A stretch of DNA of 41,535 nt from Octopus sinensis (GCF_006345805.1 NW_021835252.1:1-41535); one strand, 5' to 3'. Numbered from the stretch's first letter, positions 12,070-25,584 are shown. Made by a program: numbers and translations. Notes: generated from the letters alone by a model not told the origin.

Positions 12070-12174
12070 CCACCATGCTGAAATAGCAGTTAAAACCCTG
12101 ACCCTAAAGCCACCTTAAATGTTCATATAGCGCGAGGAGAGAAGACAGAGAGACAAAATAAACTAGCAAAAAAG

Positions 12175-12241
<67 letters not shown>

Positions 12242-12535
12242 ACGATATAGGATAATGTAGTTCTAGTTACACTAAGAAAGGACAGGATGATCGCAGCTTG
12301 AAGGTCTTTGATCATAGATCTGCTTGTTTTATGCTGACTTTGTGCTAAACTTTGAACAAACATTATTATGACTAAGGCATGTAGAACAACGTTAGAACTA
12401 ACAATCAGATCTCCCTCACACATCAAACCATCTTTGGGAAGGAAATGAAACTGGATAATAAAGTTTTTAAAAGTGATGGCCAAGGTTGGAGTGCCTTTAA
12501 TCATGCTTTATCGGGTTGACCTTGTTTTAGCATCA
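12070..12535 (+). mobile_element. Two tandem degenerate family C copies, the first split by (TA)n
   Basis: GAAATAGCAG; GGATAATGTAG; GGATGATCGCAGCTTGAAGGTCTTTGATCATAG; then AGATCTCCCTCA ... GATGGCCAAGGTTGGAGTGCCTTTAATCATG. Confidence 0.6.
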
Positions 12536-12645
12536 TCAACAGCACTACTTCAATACAGCTGACACTGTTACTAACAAAACAAACACTAGTGCTACCGTAA
12601 CCATCACTATACTTTTATCACTATCACTACTACCACAATAATAAA

Positions 12646-12957
12646 TTCCTGTGCAAACATCGTCACACAAGCTGTGCCACCACCACCGTTGTTACAGAAG
12701 TCATACCACCACCACCAGCGCCTTCGTAAAAGTACAACCATAACCACTGTCGCAATGGTTGTACTTTTAACGAAGGCGCTGGTGGTGGTGTTAGTGATGG
12801 TATTGCTTGTGTGGTAGTATTGTTGTTTGTGGTGGTGTTGGTGGTGATGGTGTTGGTGGTGATGGTGGTGGTGGTATGACTTCTGTAACAACGATGGTGG
12901 TGGCACAGCTTGTGTGACGATGGTTGCACAGCTTGTGTGACGATGGCTGCACAGGAA
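12646..12957. repeat. Long imperfect palindrome (fold-back inverted repeat)
   Basis: Left arm 12646-12741 is the reverse complement of 12755-12957 apart from an ~80-nt GGT-rich insert, a 23-nt tandem duplication and a few mismatches; 13-nt loop. Confidence 0.95.
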
Positions 12958-13769
12958 CCACCCCACCACCACCAACAACAACAACAACAACAAACAACAA
13001 TACAGCCACCACCACAACCGCCGACGCCACCACCACTGTCACAACACTCAGTCCCAACCAATAAATACACTGACATCGCTTTTATAAAACGTGTACGAGT
13101 ATAGTTGGTCACTAACCACCAGCAGACAATTAAACCAGGCTATACTAGCAAATAGTACCAGTATCGCTAAAATAAATAAATAACACTGCATCAATCGGCG
13201 CAAAAACTATGACCACCACAACAGTCCACTGCAAGCACGACCATCAAAACCACCACCACCACCACCACCACCACCACCACCACCATCACCACTACAACAA
13301 CAACAACAACTATCACTATAACAAGCTTTCCATACAACCACCTCTTCTATAACTATCTCCCCTACAACCAATTCTACTCAAGCACTCCAGCCACCACTGA
13401 ACTAGTACAATTACTGCCACTACGACCACCATCACCACAACCGCTACTATTCTTCCTACTGCTATTACTTTCAATAATAAATACAGCCAAGATTACAGTA
13501 TTTTTTTTTGGCTTTGGTTGTTTTTTTTTTATTATATTGGCGTCTGACTTCCTTGTCTTGTTTAGTTTATGGATGCTTAAACTTAAACACGCATATGCAC
13601 ACGCACACACGTGCAACACGCGCGCACACACACGCACACACACACACAAGCACACACACATACACACATACATGCATGCATATTGTCGTGTGCTTTTCTT
13701 TGTGTGTATGTGAGTGCATGCATACAAATGCAAATATTCCTATATGTGTGTAAACGTTATACATACCTA

Positions 13770-13806
13770 CATACATATATATATATATATCTAGTATATA
13801 TATGTA

Positions 13807-13848
<42 letters not shown>

Positions 13849-13893
13849 ATATATGTATATAATATATATATATATACATATATATATATATGA

Positions 13894-13927
<34 letters not shown>

Positions 13928-14078
13928 CTTATAGCAAAAGTTTACTGTCTATTCCAAGTTTCGCCGAGGGCTGGGCTGTTCATACTTGACTTACAATTCT
14001 TACATTAACAATACATACATACACGCATATATATATATATATACATATATATATATTATATATATATATATTATATTA

Positions 14079-14120
<42 letters not shown>
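13770..14120. repeat. (TA)n tracts flanking a short unique segment
   Basis: Directly visible. Confidence 0.9.
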
Positions 14121-14126
<6 letters not shown>

Positions 14127-14374
14127 CAAATATACGTATGTACATACACATAGACACACGCATACAAACACACACTTATATATAAATATCACCACCAGTG
14201 ATCTTCTGCTAGTTGACGATCATATTACTGCTTACTCAGAGCTACCCTGGGGTGTGCCTAAACAACAAAATGTCCGCACATGTGTGTGCGCGCATGCATG
14301 TGTATTTGTATACGTGCATGTGTATGTGCGCGAGCGTGTTTGGGTGGCCATGTACGCATTGTTTAACATGATGC

Positions 14375-14580
14375 TAACTATCTATTAGAAAGCCATTGAT
14401 CAAAGATTCTCCATTCATGACGAATTCGTCTTTATTTCAGCCGAGTGTCTTGGGGTATGTGATCCATCATAGCATTTCATTTATTCTACATTAACAAGGT
14501 AGAATATGATATATATATATATATATATAACTTTTTTCTAGCTGCTGTTCCTAGCAGACTAAGGGACCACCTAAAGATTT
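14375..14580 (-). mobile_element. Family C repeat, degenerate, split by (TA)n
   Basis: TGATCAAAGATTCTCCATTCATGAC and GCTGCTGTTCCTAGCAG are reverse complements of family C motifs. Confidence 0.45.
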
Positions 14581-14677
14581 TCTTATTGCATCAAGTTGTA
14601 CCGTATATGCTCTGGTATCTTCTTTGATGTTTCCATACATCATTTTCAATTGTTTTCTACACAATCCCGTTTTTTTT

Positions 14678-14768
<91 letters not shown>

Positions 14769-14925
14769 TGCATTGATTTCTACAGTATAGACCAAAAGGA
14801 AGTTCTCAGTGGCACTTGGACCTATTCCAAATAATTTTCAAATTTAATATAATTGGCTTTTAGATAGTCGCTTATATCGCTATTTCTTTAACTTTTCTCT
14901 ACATAAGCATTAACAATGATGGCCA

Positions 14926-14962
<37 letters not shown>

Positions 14963-15769
14963 ACGTATGTGTATGCACAAAGTAATGCCTCCACCCAAAC
15001 CAACCAACCCATCAGTATCTCCATTCTCAGCACTAACGCACAATTCTTTGTAGTAGTAGTAGTGGTAGTAGTAGTTTGTGTGTTTTCTTTCTCTAGAGGT
15101 CTGTAACGTAAGAATTTTGATAACCGTATCTGTAAACTGTTAAGTTTCAATTAATTTAAAAAAAAAAACTGATTGTGACCTAGTAATCTTGATATTAATA
15201 ACAGTTTGATTACATTTCCAGTAATGATACAGTTAACCATAGTACAGACAACTCTTTCTCCCCAACTATCTAAGCTTCACTACTTCCTTAGATTTGCTCT
15301 TTATTTTATCTTTGAATAAAGGGTGATAGTGATGATCAAGATAAGACAGTTAAAAACCTCAGTTACAATCGACTTCGTCTTACTACATATTTATGAAAAT
15401 GACAAGGACAGCATAAATAATACGCTGAACACTATGCCATCAGCTATGTTCTTGTCTTAACACTAGGTCTACATCCGAGATCAACACACATCTTTTTTTC
15501 CTTGTCTAAATTTACTTTTGGCTTTATTGCATTCACCCATGACCCATCAGTATGTTACATCATAGCTTACATATAATTTTATATCACGCGATTATTTGCT
15601 GAGACTGAGAATTGGCCAAACTTAATTCTAAAACTTGCCTTTATTTCTGTCTCGGTTACTTTCACCAGAAGAAGCACGTTTAAAGTTTTATCACGCCATC
15701 TCTCCATGACCGAATTACGTTTCCTTCTTCCCATTTCAGGACCAACCCTTCGTGTTGACACAATCAGAC

Positions 15770-16065
15770 ATCCATCCAGTCATCCACCATTCTATCCATC
15801 CATCCATCCTCCATCCATCCATCCATCCATCCATCCACCCACCACTCCATCCATCCACTATTCTATCCATCCATCCATCCAGCCAACCAACCAACCAACC
15901 ATCCATCCCTCCATCCATCCACCATTCTATCCATCGATCCATCGATCCATCCATCCACCCATCCATCCAACCAACCAACCAACCATCCATCCAACCAACC
16001 AACCAACCATCCATCCATCCATCCATCCATCTATCCATCCATCATTCATCCATCTAGCTGCCCAT
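15770..16065. repeat. Compound (CCAT)n/(CCAA)n microsatellite
   Basis: Directly visible; source of HPSI/WMDG ORFs. Confidence 0.95.
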
Positions 16066-16394
16066 CCATATATATACATCATGCATCAGACATGAGCGCT
16101 ACCTTCTTTACCATTGCCCCAATCTTCCCTAATACAATTCTTAGCACAATCAACCATCACTACTGCCACCCTTCTTGCTTCTGCTTTCCACCACCGTTAG
16201 CGTGGCCATCATTCTATAATAGTAACCGCCACTGCTTCTTCTTACCAGCATCATCACTAATACTTCCACAAACATACTGTTACCCGCAACACAAGTACTC
16301 AAACCGAACTACAGCACCATCAGCATCACCAACAAAATACTACCACCGCTACTATAATGTTCAAGCACACTGATACCACGAATGCTACCACTGC

Positions 16395-16555
16395 AACCAC
16401 CACCACCACCACCACCACCACCACCACCACCACCACCACCACCACCACCACCACCACCACCACCACCGCCGCCGCCGCCGCCGCCGCCAACACCACCACT
16501 ACCACCACCACCATCACCACCACCACCACCACTACCACCACCATCACCACCACCA
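16395..16555. repeat. (CCA)n/(CCG)n trinucleotide tract
   Basis: Directly visible; source of poly-P/T/G ORFs. Confidence 0.95.
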
Positions 16556-16700
16556 ATGCTATTAATTCTTATCTTCTCCACCATCGCCTAAGTGGGCACT
16601 TTGTTACATTAAGTATTCCATAATATTCCACAATCACAGTCTCTCCCCGATACCCATATCTCGGGAAATCCTAACACACCCTCTCCTCTGTTCTCACCCA

Positions 16701-16745
<45 letters not shown>

Positions 16746-17273
16746 CCTCTTTCCTTGTCAACTTACCTCATGGCAGTTAGCTAGGCTTGGCTGGAGCAGC
16801 AATGAAAGACAGCAAAGCAAGTTGTTTCCTTAGACCACCATCACTGCCACCACAAACACCACCATTACCACCACCACCACCCTCAGCACTAGCACCACCA
16901 CCACCACCACCACCATCATTACCATCATCCATAATAATCTTTTCCTCTCCACCTTCGCTCCTGTTTATTTTTTAGCATTTTGCTATTTTCCAACGTTCTG
17001 TCAAAAATGTGTCTGCCAGGCACCCATTCACCCATTCACCCATCAAAACTTCCCACCACGCACTCATGTACACACATACACCCTCTCACTTTTTCCTCCC
17101 TCATTGTCTGTCCCTGTTTTGCCCCCCCACAGCACCCTGTATCCACACTGCAGCTACCCTCCTCACCCCCGCCGACGCCATTACTTATAGAATTATTTCT
17201 TGATATTCGTTAAGGAAGAATCTCTTAGAAATCTTTCACTCAAATATTTCTTTGCCCTTTTTTTTTAAAGCTT

Positions 17274-17327
<54 letters not shown>

Positions 17328-17566
17328 TTTGATGATGATGATGATGATGATCATCATCATCATCATCATCATCGCCACGACTACAACCATTACTATTGCT
17401 ACCCATCCAACACCACCACCGCCACCGCCGCCGCCATTTTCACTGCTACTTTGATACACCTATAATTTCTCTCCTTCCTTTGCTCTTCCATCACCCTAGC
17501 TTAATATTGCTCTTAATCCTAGCTTAATAATAAATTAACTAATTGTTTTTAGATCGTAAGCACATT

Positions 17567-17650
<84 letters not shown>

Positions 17651-18051
17651 TACACACATACACAGAATATTGGTATATAGTTACCACTCTGGGATTATAT
17701 AGTAAATAAACAATGACGTGATATTCAGATGGGAAACGTTTTCCTCACTCAATATTCATCATATGATGTTTCGAGACAAATAATTTAAAACTTCCGGAAT
17801 ATTATCTTAATCTTTTCGTGTTGTTCATATTTTGTCCGGGTTCAGCCTTTCGCGAATAGACCCATAATGAAAAGAATTCTAGAAACAGCATAACATTTAT
17901 TCTTGTCAATAAAACCAGTTAAATTACTCTAACTAAATTTAATGAAAGAACTATGATAAACATTAAATAGATGATATCAATTTTGATTTTTTTTCGTCCA
18001 GGAAAAGGGTACAATGGCAGGGGACTTTTATCATTTATTTATTTTTTTTTT

Positions 18052-18410
18052 TTACTTGTTCCAGTTATTGGAACTCTTCAAGGGTTTAGTGAAATAAATC
18101 GACCCCACAGTTTAACATTTTTTTTTTAAAGCCTAGTGCTTATTTTCTCAGTTACTTATTGCCGAAACTGCTAGATTACGTGGACGTAAACATACCAACA
18201 CCGATTTTGAGGCGGTCGTAGGGGACAAATACAACATAAACACCATAACGCAGGCACATAGATATATAAATACACGGGCGCGAAATCTGCTTGTAACATT
18301 TTTGGTCGGTGCATTTCTATAGTAGAAAACACTTACCCAAAGTGCCGGGCACGGGTAATCAACCCCAGAGCACATATAAAGAAGAAGGCCTCTACACTTC
18401 CACCACACCA
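18052..18410 (-). mobile_element. Family A SINE, old degenerate copy
   Basis: TTACTTGTTCCAGT, AATCGACCCCA, GGACGTAAACATACCAACACCG, GGGGACAAA, CTATAGTAGAAAACACTTACCCAAAGTGCC in the expected order. Confidence 0.75.
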
Positions 18411-18659
18411 GTGGTTTTGTAGAGATTTATTCGCGAAAATCGAGAGCAGTCATCTTTGTAAAATATACCGAGGCAGAAAGAAGGAGAATAAAGATTTCGG
18501 TCATATTCAGCATTATTTTAAAAATTATTTTACTCTTTTAAACTAGACAACGTTAAGGTTTACATCTAATGCGATAAGTACACCTGCACACGCACACGCG
18601 TATAAATTCATGTCAATAAACTCGATTACAGCATTTTCTAGTGTTTTTAAATCGTTATG

Positions 18660-19030
18660 TTCATGCAATTAAGTGGTTCTCTTGTAACTACCTTGTTCCA
18701 ATTTCATACCACTGTGCTGCCCTCTAGGCTAGCAAACACGCTCAGATTATTGCTATATCCTGTGTTTAATATTATTCTTAACTAAATGGATCTGTTCCAA
18801 ACGCATCACAATAAGCAGATTCCATTGTGCGTGCGTTTGTACATACGTATACCCTACGATAACACATCATTAAAGGAATGAAAATATGGCCAGCTTAACC
18901 ACTCTAAGAATAGATATTTATGAAACGAGCTTATCGATATTTAATGTTGATAGAATTGACTAAAACACTAAAGGTAGGACCCATCATTACTGCAGTCCAG
19001 TGTCTGAAAACAAGTAAAAATATAAGAATG
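18660..19030 (+). mobile_element. Family A SINE, very old copy; 3' tail best preserved
   Basis: GACTAAAACACTAAAGG ... GCAGTCCAGTGTCTGAAAACAAGTAAAAA at the 3' end; faint head similarity upstream. Confidence 0.45.
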
Positions 19031-19659
19031 CACATCTCAGATACACGCACCGAAATCGTTATGATGCTTGACTATAAACACGGCTGATGAGGGATATTCT
19101 GTGACTGCTATTCCTTACGGGTAATTTGCTCTCCATGTTGGCGAGTGAGGTGCCTGTGTGTCTGTGTGTGTATGTGTGTGTGCGAAAACAAATTCACGCA
19201 ACAAACGCTCATATATAAACATACATGGATAAATATTTATACATATATAAATACATATTCATGCATACATACACACACACACACATATACACACATATAT
19301 ATATGTATATATATATACACATGCATACATACACACACACACAGACATACGTCCATTCTTCTAAGTTGGAGAGATGAAAACATTAGCATTGTTTAAAATA
19401 CTAGCTCATATATAAATCAGTTTAAATATTATGTAAAAATATTTGTTTCTAATTATCTTCAATTGGAAGAGAATTGAGTTCCACTTAGATATAATTTATT
19501 ATTCATAAACATTAAATGTAAAATGAGGCTAGCTAGCATTCGCTACATGTGGATCAAACATTGTACTATTTCACTGCCGCAAAATTCAACAGTTTTCTGG
19601 TGCTGCGTGTTTGAATTTATGAACGTCAATGTGTTTGTGTGTGGTGTGTGTGTGTGTGT

Positions 19660-19700
<41 letters not shown>

Positions 19701-20186
19701 GTGTGTGTGTGTGTGTTTGTGTGTGTTTGTGTGTGTATGTGTGTGTGCGTGTGTACGTGTGTGCGTGTGTGTGCAAGTGAGCTGAAGCAAATATGATTGC
19801 ACAAATGAGGAGAGAACACTTAGCACAAGGTTTAAAGTATTAGAAAATATATCGAAAGCTGAACACTGCCCTCCCCCTCTCTCTCTCTTTCACCTTGTGT
19901 GTGTTTGTATTGAATATATATACATGTGTGTGTTTGCGTGTGTATGTGTGTGTGTGTGTACTACTTTGAATGGAGCCCACAATTTTTTGAGATATATATA
20001 TATAGGCCTGGGAGAAGCCCCAGTCCAGATTTCTTTCAGAAAGTAAAACGTGAAAGTGAAGGAAAGGACGAAAGAGAGAAAGAGAGAGAGGGAAGGACAG
20101 AAAGAGAGATAGAGAGAGTGGGAAGAGGGATACAGATAGTATGTGTATGAGTCTCAGTCGAGAAAGATTATGCAAGGGAGTGTGAA

Positions 20187-20223
<37 letters not shown>

Positions 20224-20434
20224 GAGAGGGAGGGAGAGAGAGAGAGAGAGAGAGAGGGAATAAGCGATCTTATTAACGATCTTATTACAGGACTTGAATT
20301 TGAACTCAAAGAGCAGAGTCCGGAACGGCTAAAGTAGGACAATGTATCCGACATAATAATTGGTCCAATAATATTTCACCCTTTGTGTACCTACCTACCT
20401 ACTTACCTGCCAACATTTCTTTTTGCATACGTCT

Positions 20435-20491
<57 letters not shown>

Positions 20492-21084
20492 ATCCGTGCG
20501 CGTGTAGATTTCGACTGACGGCTTATTTAGCAGGAGGAATAAGCCATCAAGAAAAAATTAAATCCGTCAAAACGTATTTTATACTAAATTTGACGAGACT
20601 TTCGGTACACCATTTCCTTGTCAGTAACGTGCTTTAAAATAATAACTTCACTTTAACACACACAAGCACACACTCCACACACACACACACACACACACAC
20701 TTTCCTGCTTACATACACACACATATATGACCTATTTGTCTGGCATGACTCTCACTGAGCTTGGTACGGACAAAGACTTTTGTAAACACGGCAAGATTGG
20801 GAGATTTAAAAACAAAGCATACGCATCAACTCTCCATAACCCATTATGATGTTTGTCAAGGAAATTAATTTGCCAATCCATTCCACTGTCGTCTTGTTAG
20901 ACGCCAGCAATCACACACACACACACACACACACACAACACACACACACACAAACATACACACACATGTGCGTACACACACACACATACATACACACACA
21001 CTATTATCGCACTTAATACTCTCCTCGCTTCCGTAACTGTATTTACAGATCTCTCTCTTTCTTTCTCTATTTTACACGCATAAT

Positions 21085-21146
21085 TCATATATACATATAT
21101 ATGTGTGTGTGTATGTATATGTATATATATATACGTAATATATATA

Positions 21147-21185
<39 letters not shown>

Positions 21186-21277
21186 CATAATATATATTAC
21201 ATAATATATATTATGTAACATATATAATATAATATATATTATGTAACATATATATAATATAATATATAATATATATG

Positions 21278-21309
<32 letters not shown>

Positions 21310-21765
21310 ATATATATAGATAGATATACATACATGCATACATAGATGTGTGTCTGTGTTTGTGCATGTATATATGCTTATGTATGTGTGTATGTATATA
21401 TATACACATATACATACATACATATATATAGATAGATACATACATACATACATACATGCATACACAGGCATACATAGATATGTGTGTGTGTGTGTGTGTG
21501 TGGTGCATGTATATATGTTTATGTATGTGTGTATGTATATATGTACACATATTCATAATGTATACATACATACATACATACGTATACAGATATGTACATG
21601 AATAATATATGCATATACATATGTGTGTTTGTTTGTGTTTGTAACTATGTATGTATGTATATATGTATATATAAATGTATGTATGTATGTATGTACGTAT
21701 GTATGTATGTATGTATGTATGTATGTATGTATGTATGTATGTATGTATGTATGTATGTATGCATG
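21085..21765. repeat. Compound (TA)n/(CATA)n/(TATG)n region with local duplications
   Basis: Directly visible. Confidence 0.9.
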
Positions 21766-22999
21766 TGCGCGTATAACAGAAACTTTGTCGAACTTTTTCA
21801 GCACTACCTGCACAAACTCCTAAGACAACATATCTTGATATCCATTTTCAAATTGAATATAACATACAAATGAGCAAATTTTACGAGGTTTTATTTTTAT
21901 GAATTCACATGTAGCCTTTAAGCAAAATGATTTTGGGAGGTGAACAATCTGAGACGTTGCGAAAATGAAGAACAATGTTGATATCGGCTTCAGCACCCAT
22001 TTTCCCATTCTGCTAATTTGCAATCCTAACTTTTTGCTTAACATTAATCGATATTTGACTCTGGGCCTGAATTAGAAATTATCATTAAGTATTTATAATG
22101 ACATTCGACTGGTGGTATTGTTTGACGCGGTCGGAATACATTTGTGTATTTCGTTATAGCTCTGAATTCGAACCCATCCTTTCAGTGTCGATAGTATAAA
22201 GTATCTATGCTTTGAACTCATCTTTCGGCGAAACCCACTTTGTCTTCCGTTGATAAAAGTTATGTCCAAAAGGTTGATGGAAGGATTAAACGAATTTCTC
22301 TATCATTTGAACATAATATCTAGTGGTATTTGGTTGCAATCTTTTATGATCATGCTTTTCATTTTTCCATAGTTAATAAAATACAGTGCCAATCAAGTAT
22401 CAGGGGTAGGCTTCTATTCTTATAATACGCCTTAAAAGTGAAAAGATTTGTAAATAAAGATGCCCTAATCACTATCTTTGAAATTTCGTACTGTCTCCTG
22501 GGGAAACCGCTTTCTTTTGCAAACTTATTGTTGTCGTTCTACATTTCCTTTTCTTATAATCGTCAGCGTTGTCGTCATCATCATCATCATCATCATCATT
22601 GCTATCTTCCCTAAAATCACCACTTTCTTCTTGGGCCTCACTATATTTAATCGGCCAATGGTATTGTTCTCCATGGTTACATTACTCTATCATCGCCCAA
22701 CTTCATTCAGTACAAACAATCCCGAGCCTGCAGACAGCTACGCTCTGTCAGTCGAGAGCTTCTAGCTGGTAATTCACAAAGAGAAAGAGCGAGTGAGATA
22801 GATAGAGAGGGAGAGAGGAAAGAAGGGAGAGATATGGAGTGAGTTAGTGAGTGTGTGTGTGTGTGTGAGTGAGAGAGTGAGTGAGAGAGAGGTGGAGAGA
22901 GACGCTTTTATTCGCTCCATTCGACAATGAGTCTTTGTTAGTGCTTATCTATCTTCTATACATTAACGTACTTTCAAATATGAAAATATGAATATATCT

Positions 23000-23265
23000 T
23001 GGCATAGCTGTGTATTCCATAATCGTGGGCTCCTTGTTAAATTCCCCACTTTGCAATGGCCTTGGAACAGTCTCTTCTAGTGTAGTTTCGGACTAAACGA
23101 GTCCTTGTAAGTAGAATTCGATGCTTCGTATGCATATGTATGTGAACCTGCGTGTAGATTTGCTTGTATAAACTAGTGGAGTTGTGTCCCTTTATACCAA
23201 TACAGTAACTCGAAAGAAAGACCGATTAATAAATATAAGACTATAGTACATACTGAAGTTGACAC
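23000..23265 (+). mobile_element. Family A SINE, very degenerate
   Basis: GGCATAGCTGTGT, CCTTGGAACAGTCTCTTCTA, CCTTGTAAGTAGAATT, AAAGACCGAT in the expected order. Confidence 0.45.
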
Positions 23266-23419
23266 AGGTTTATTCAAGTATGTCGTCCCATTCAACGCCA
23301 GACCAACTGGGTTTATTTTTCCTTTTAATCGTGTTATTTGCTTTTTTTCTGAGGATTCTCGAAACACTTGTGTCTGACACAGGTCTTCAGCCAGAGATTT
23401 TGCAAAAATTTGTTAAAAA

Positions 23420-23630
23420 GAAAGAAAGAGCCCCTTCAGTCATGAATGGCCATGAGATTGCACCAAGAAAGTCCCCCTCTGAGGTACAAGTCCGGGCACG
23501 CTGTAGCTCAAGGGAAAAGTAAAAAACCGATACAGCTTGGCACTGCTGATTTCGCGACTCATTTGTACAGATGAATGAATTGGAGCAACGTGAAATAAGG
23601 TGTCTTGCTCAAGAACACAACACAGTCTGT
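23420..23630 (-). mobile_element. Distinct CORE-bearing SINE fragment (family D), head missing
   Basis: GTGTCTTGCTCAAGAACACAACAC is the reverse complement of a CORE-type motif (GTGTTGTGTTCTTGAGCAAGACAC); the body differs from family A. Confidence 0.65.
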
Positions 23631-23635
23631 TCCAG

Positions 23636-23925
23636 CCCCAGAAGAATGAAAGACAAGTTAATTTCGATGGGATATGAACAGAGAACTTAAGAAGCCAGAC
23701 TAATATTACAAAACACTTCCTATGTCCTAATAACTCAGCTAATTCATCGTCTCTAAATCAGATTAACTGTTTCTAATAAAGATTATAAGGCCCGAAAAAT
23801 TTGATGGAAGGGATTAATCGATTAAATATAACTCCAGCTTATGATTGTTACATTATTGTATCGACCCACGAAAGGATGAAAAACAAAGTTAACCAAGGCG
23901 GGTTTTGAACCGAGAATTTAGAGCA
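23636..23925 (-). mobile_element. Two degenerate family B SINE pieces
   Basis: GAAGAATGAAAGACAAGTTAA and ATCGACCCACGAAAGGATGAAAAACAAAGTTAACC ... TTTGAACCGAGAA match the reverse family B domain and B box. Confidence 0.7.
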
Positions 23926-24156
23926 ATGGAAATGCATACTGGAAGTGATTAGACAGAGGTAGTTTAATAGTCAATAGCATAAACCATTGTGTCATTACCT
24001 AACTAATTACAAAATATTCTTAAGTTGATGACAGTGCTGATGTCAGTGATGACAACAATAACAGGTATCATTGTAATGATGATGAATTTGATGGTGGTGG
24101 TGATGGTGGTGGGGATAATGGTAATGGTGATGTTGATGATGATGATGATGATGATA

Positions 24157-24191
<35 letters not shown>

Positions 24192-24929
24192 CATGTCAAA
24201 GGTGATGTTCATGGTGGCAATGGCGTTGGTGGTGGTGGTGGTGGTGGTGGTGGCGATGCGGATGTAGCAACTGTGGTAGTGTTGATGAGAAAGAGCATAT
24301 GGTGGTGGTGGTGGTGGTGGTAGTGATGATGATCATGGTATTAGGGATGAAAAAGCTGATTGTGTTGGTGATGACAATGATTATGATGAGGGTGGCCTTG
24401 GTAGTATTGATGGCGATGGTGGTAGCAGCAGCTGTATAGTTACCGTGGTGCTGATGCGAATGTGTGTATTTGTACCGAAACGAAGTTGTAATCTCTGTAA
24501 CTATGGTGACTCTAGTTAAAAGTTATAAAGGTTATCTTTGATGTGGTCGGATATATTAATCGATTCTTTCGTTAATGACACTAATCAATACCTATTCTAT
24601 TTCCTCTCGTTGCCTCCACCCTTACACATCACCGCCTTTCTGTCTCCCTATTTGTCGTTCTCTTTAAAGTTATATATTATTACGTACTGCATCCGCACAT
24701 ATATACACACAAACACCTATATACGCATAATTGTGTGTGCGTGTGTGTATTATATAATATCAATACTATATATAATGTATTTAATATTACATATATCTTA
24801 AAATATCAATATTTCAATTTAGATGTGTTTGCGTGTGTATGTGTGTGATTGTGTGCATACATGTATACATACACACGCACGCACACACACATACACACAT
24901 ATATGCGTGTATCTGACTATCTATCTATC

Positions 24930-25160
24930 TTTATTGTGTCTGGGGAGAGTCATTCTCTTTTAGTGCTTTAGCTCCTACACGCATTTTTTCTTTCCTTGTT
25001 TCTCTCCTGTTTTTTTTCTGTGTATCTTTCTGTCGAAGAGCGTAGGCTCGAAACGTAAAAGACTTTTTCTATTCCTGAGCGCTATACTAATGCATTTTTG
25101 TTTGTTTGTACTCCACCTGCCTTCGTCTTTTGTTTATTTTCATAAACTTTCCCTTTATAT
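24930..25160 (+). mobile_element. Probable Penelope-like terminal-repeat fragment or retrozyme-like element
   Basis: ~230-bp segment between microsatellites carrying a minimal hammerhead-like motif; no ORF. Family assignment is inference. Confidence 0.5.
25025..25062 (+). ncRNA. Minimal type I hammerhead-ribozyme-like motif with atypical core
   Basis: TCTTT-CTGTCGAA-GAGC(GTAG)GCTC-GAAA-C-GTA-AAAGA: stem I 5 bp, stem II 4 bp, palindromic ACGT stem III, GUA triplet. Confidence 0.55.
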
Positions 25161-25514
25161 ATATCACACACGCACATAGAATATGTAGATAGGGTTAAAA
25201 TCCGAGGTGTGTCTTCTTGGAGCACATCTGTTTATTCCAGTCCTCCATAGTTTTATGTAGGTATTATATTTGAGCGAGATATGCAAAAGAGTTGAAAATT
25301 CTGGAAAATAGCTTCTTTATATTTTTTCCAAATAATTACATATCAAAATAGGAGATTGTTTCTCCTCTATGTACAGTTTCGTAAATCCTATTAACAAATG
25401 AAACATGTGTAATGGATGAATAATTAACACCAAAAACTATATAATATCTACGTGTGTCATATATTCCGTTTGTTGTCTTCTTTGTATTTAATCCTGAAAA
25501 AGAATATATATATA

Positions 25515-25560
<46 letters not shown>

Positions 25561-25584
25561 TATATATACACACACATGCGCGCG

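Noticed and set aside
15706-16095. HPSI/WMDG repeat ORFs
   Set aside because: Translations of (CCAT)n/(CCAA)n microsatellite
16309-16623. Poly-Pro/Thr/Gly ORFs resembling extensin, mucin or glycine-rich proteins
   Set aside because: (CCA)n tract open in several frames; no exon context
17720-17790. WETF-PHS-YSSYD, reminiscent of mariner WEVLPHPPYSPDL
   Set aside because: Needs two frameshifts within a few codons and has no supporting flanking motifs
19075-19190. CTGATGA hammerhead half-motif
   Set aside because: No stem II-closing GAAA at a suitable position; at most a fragment
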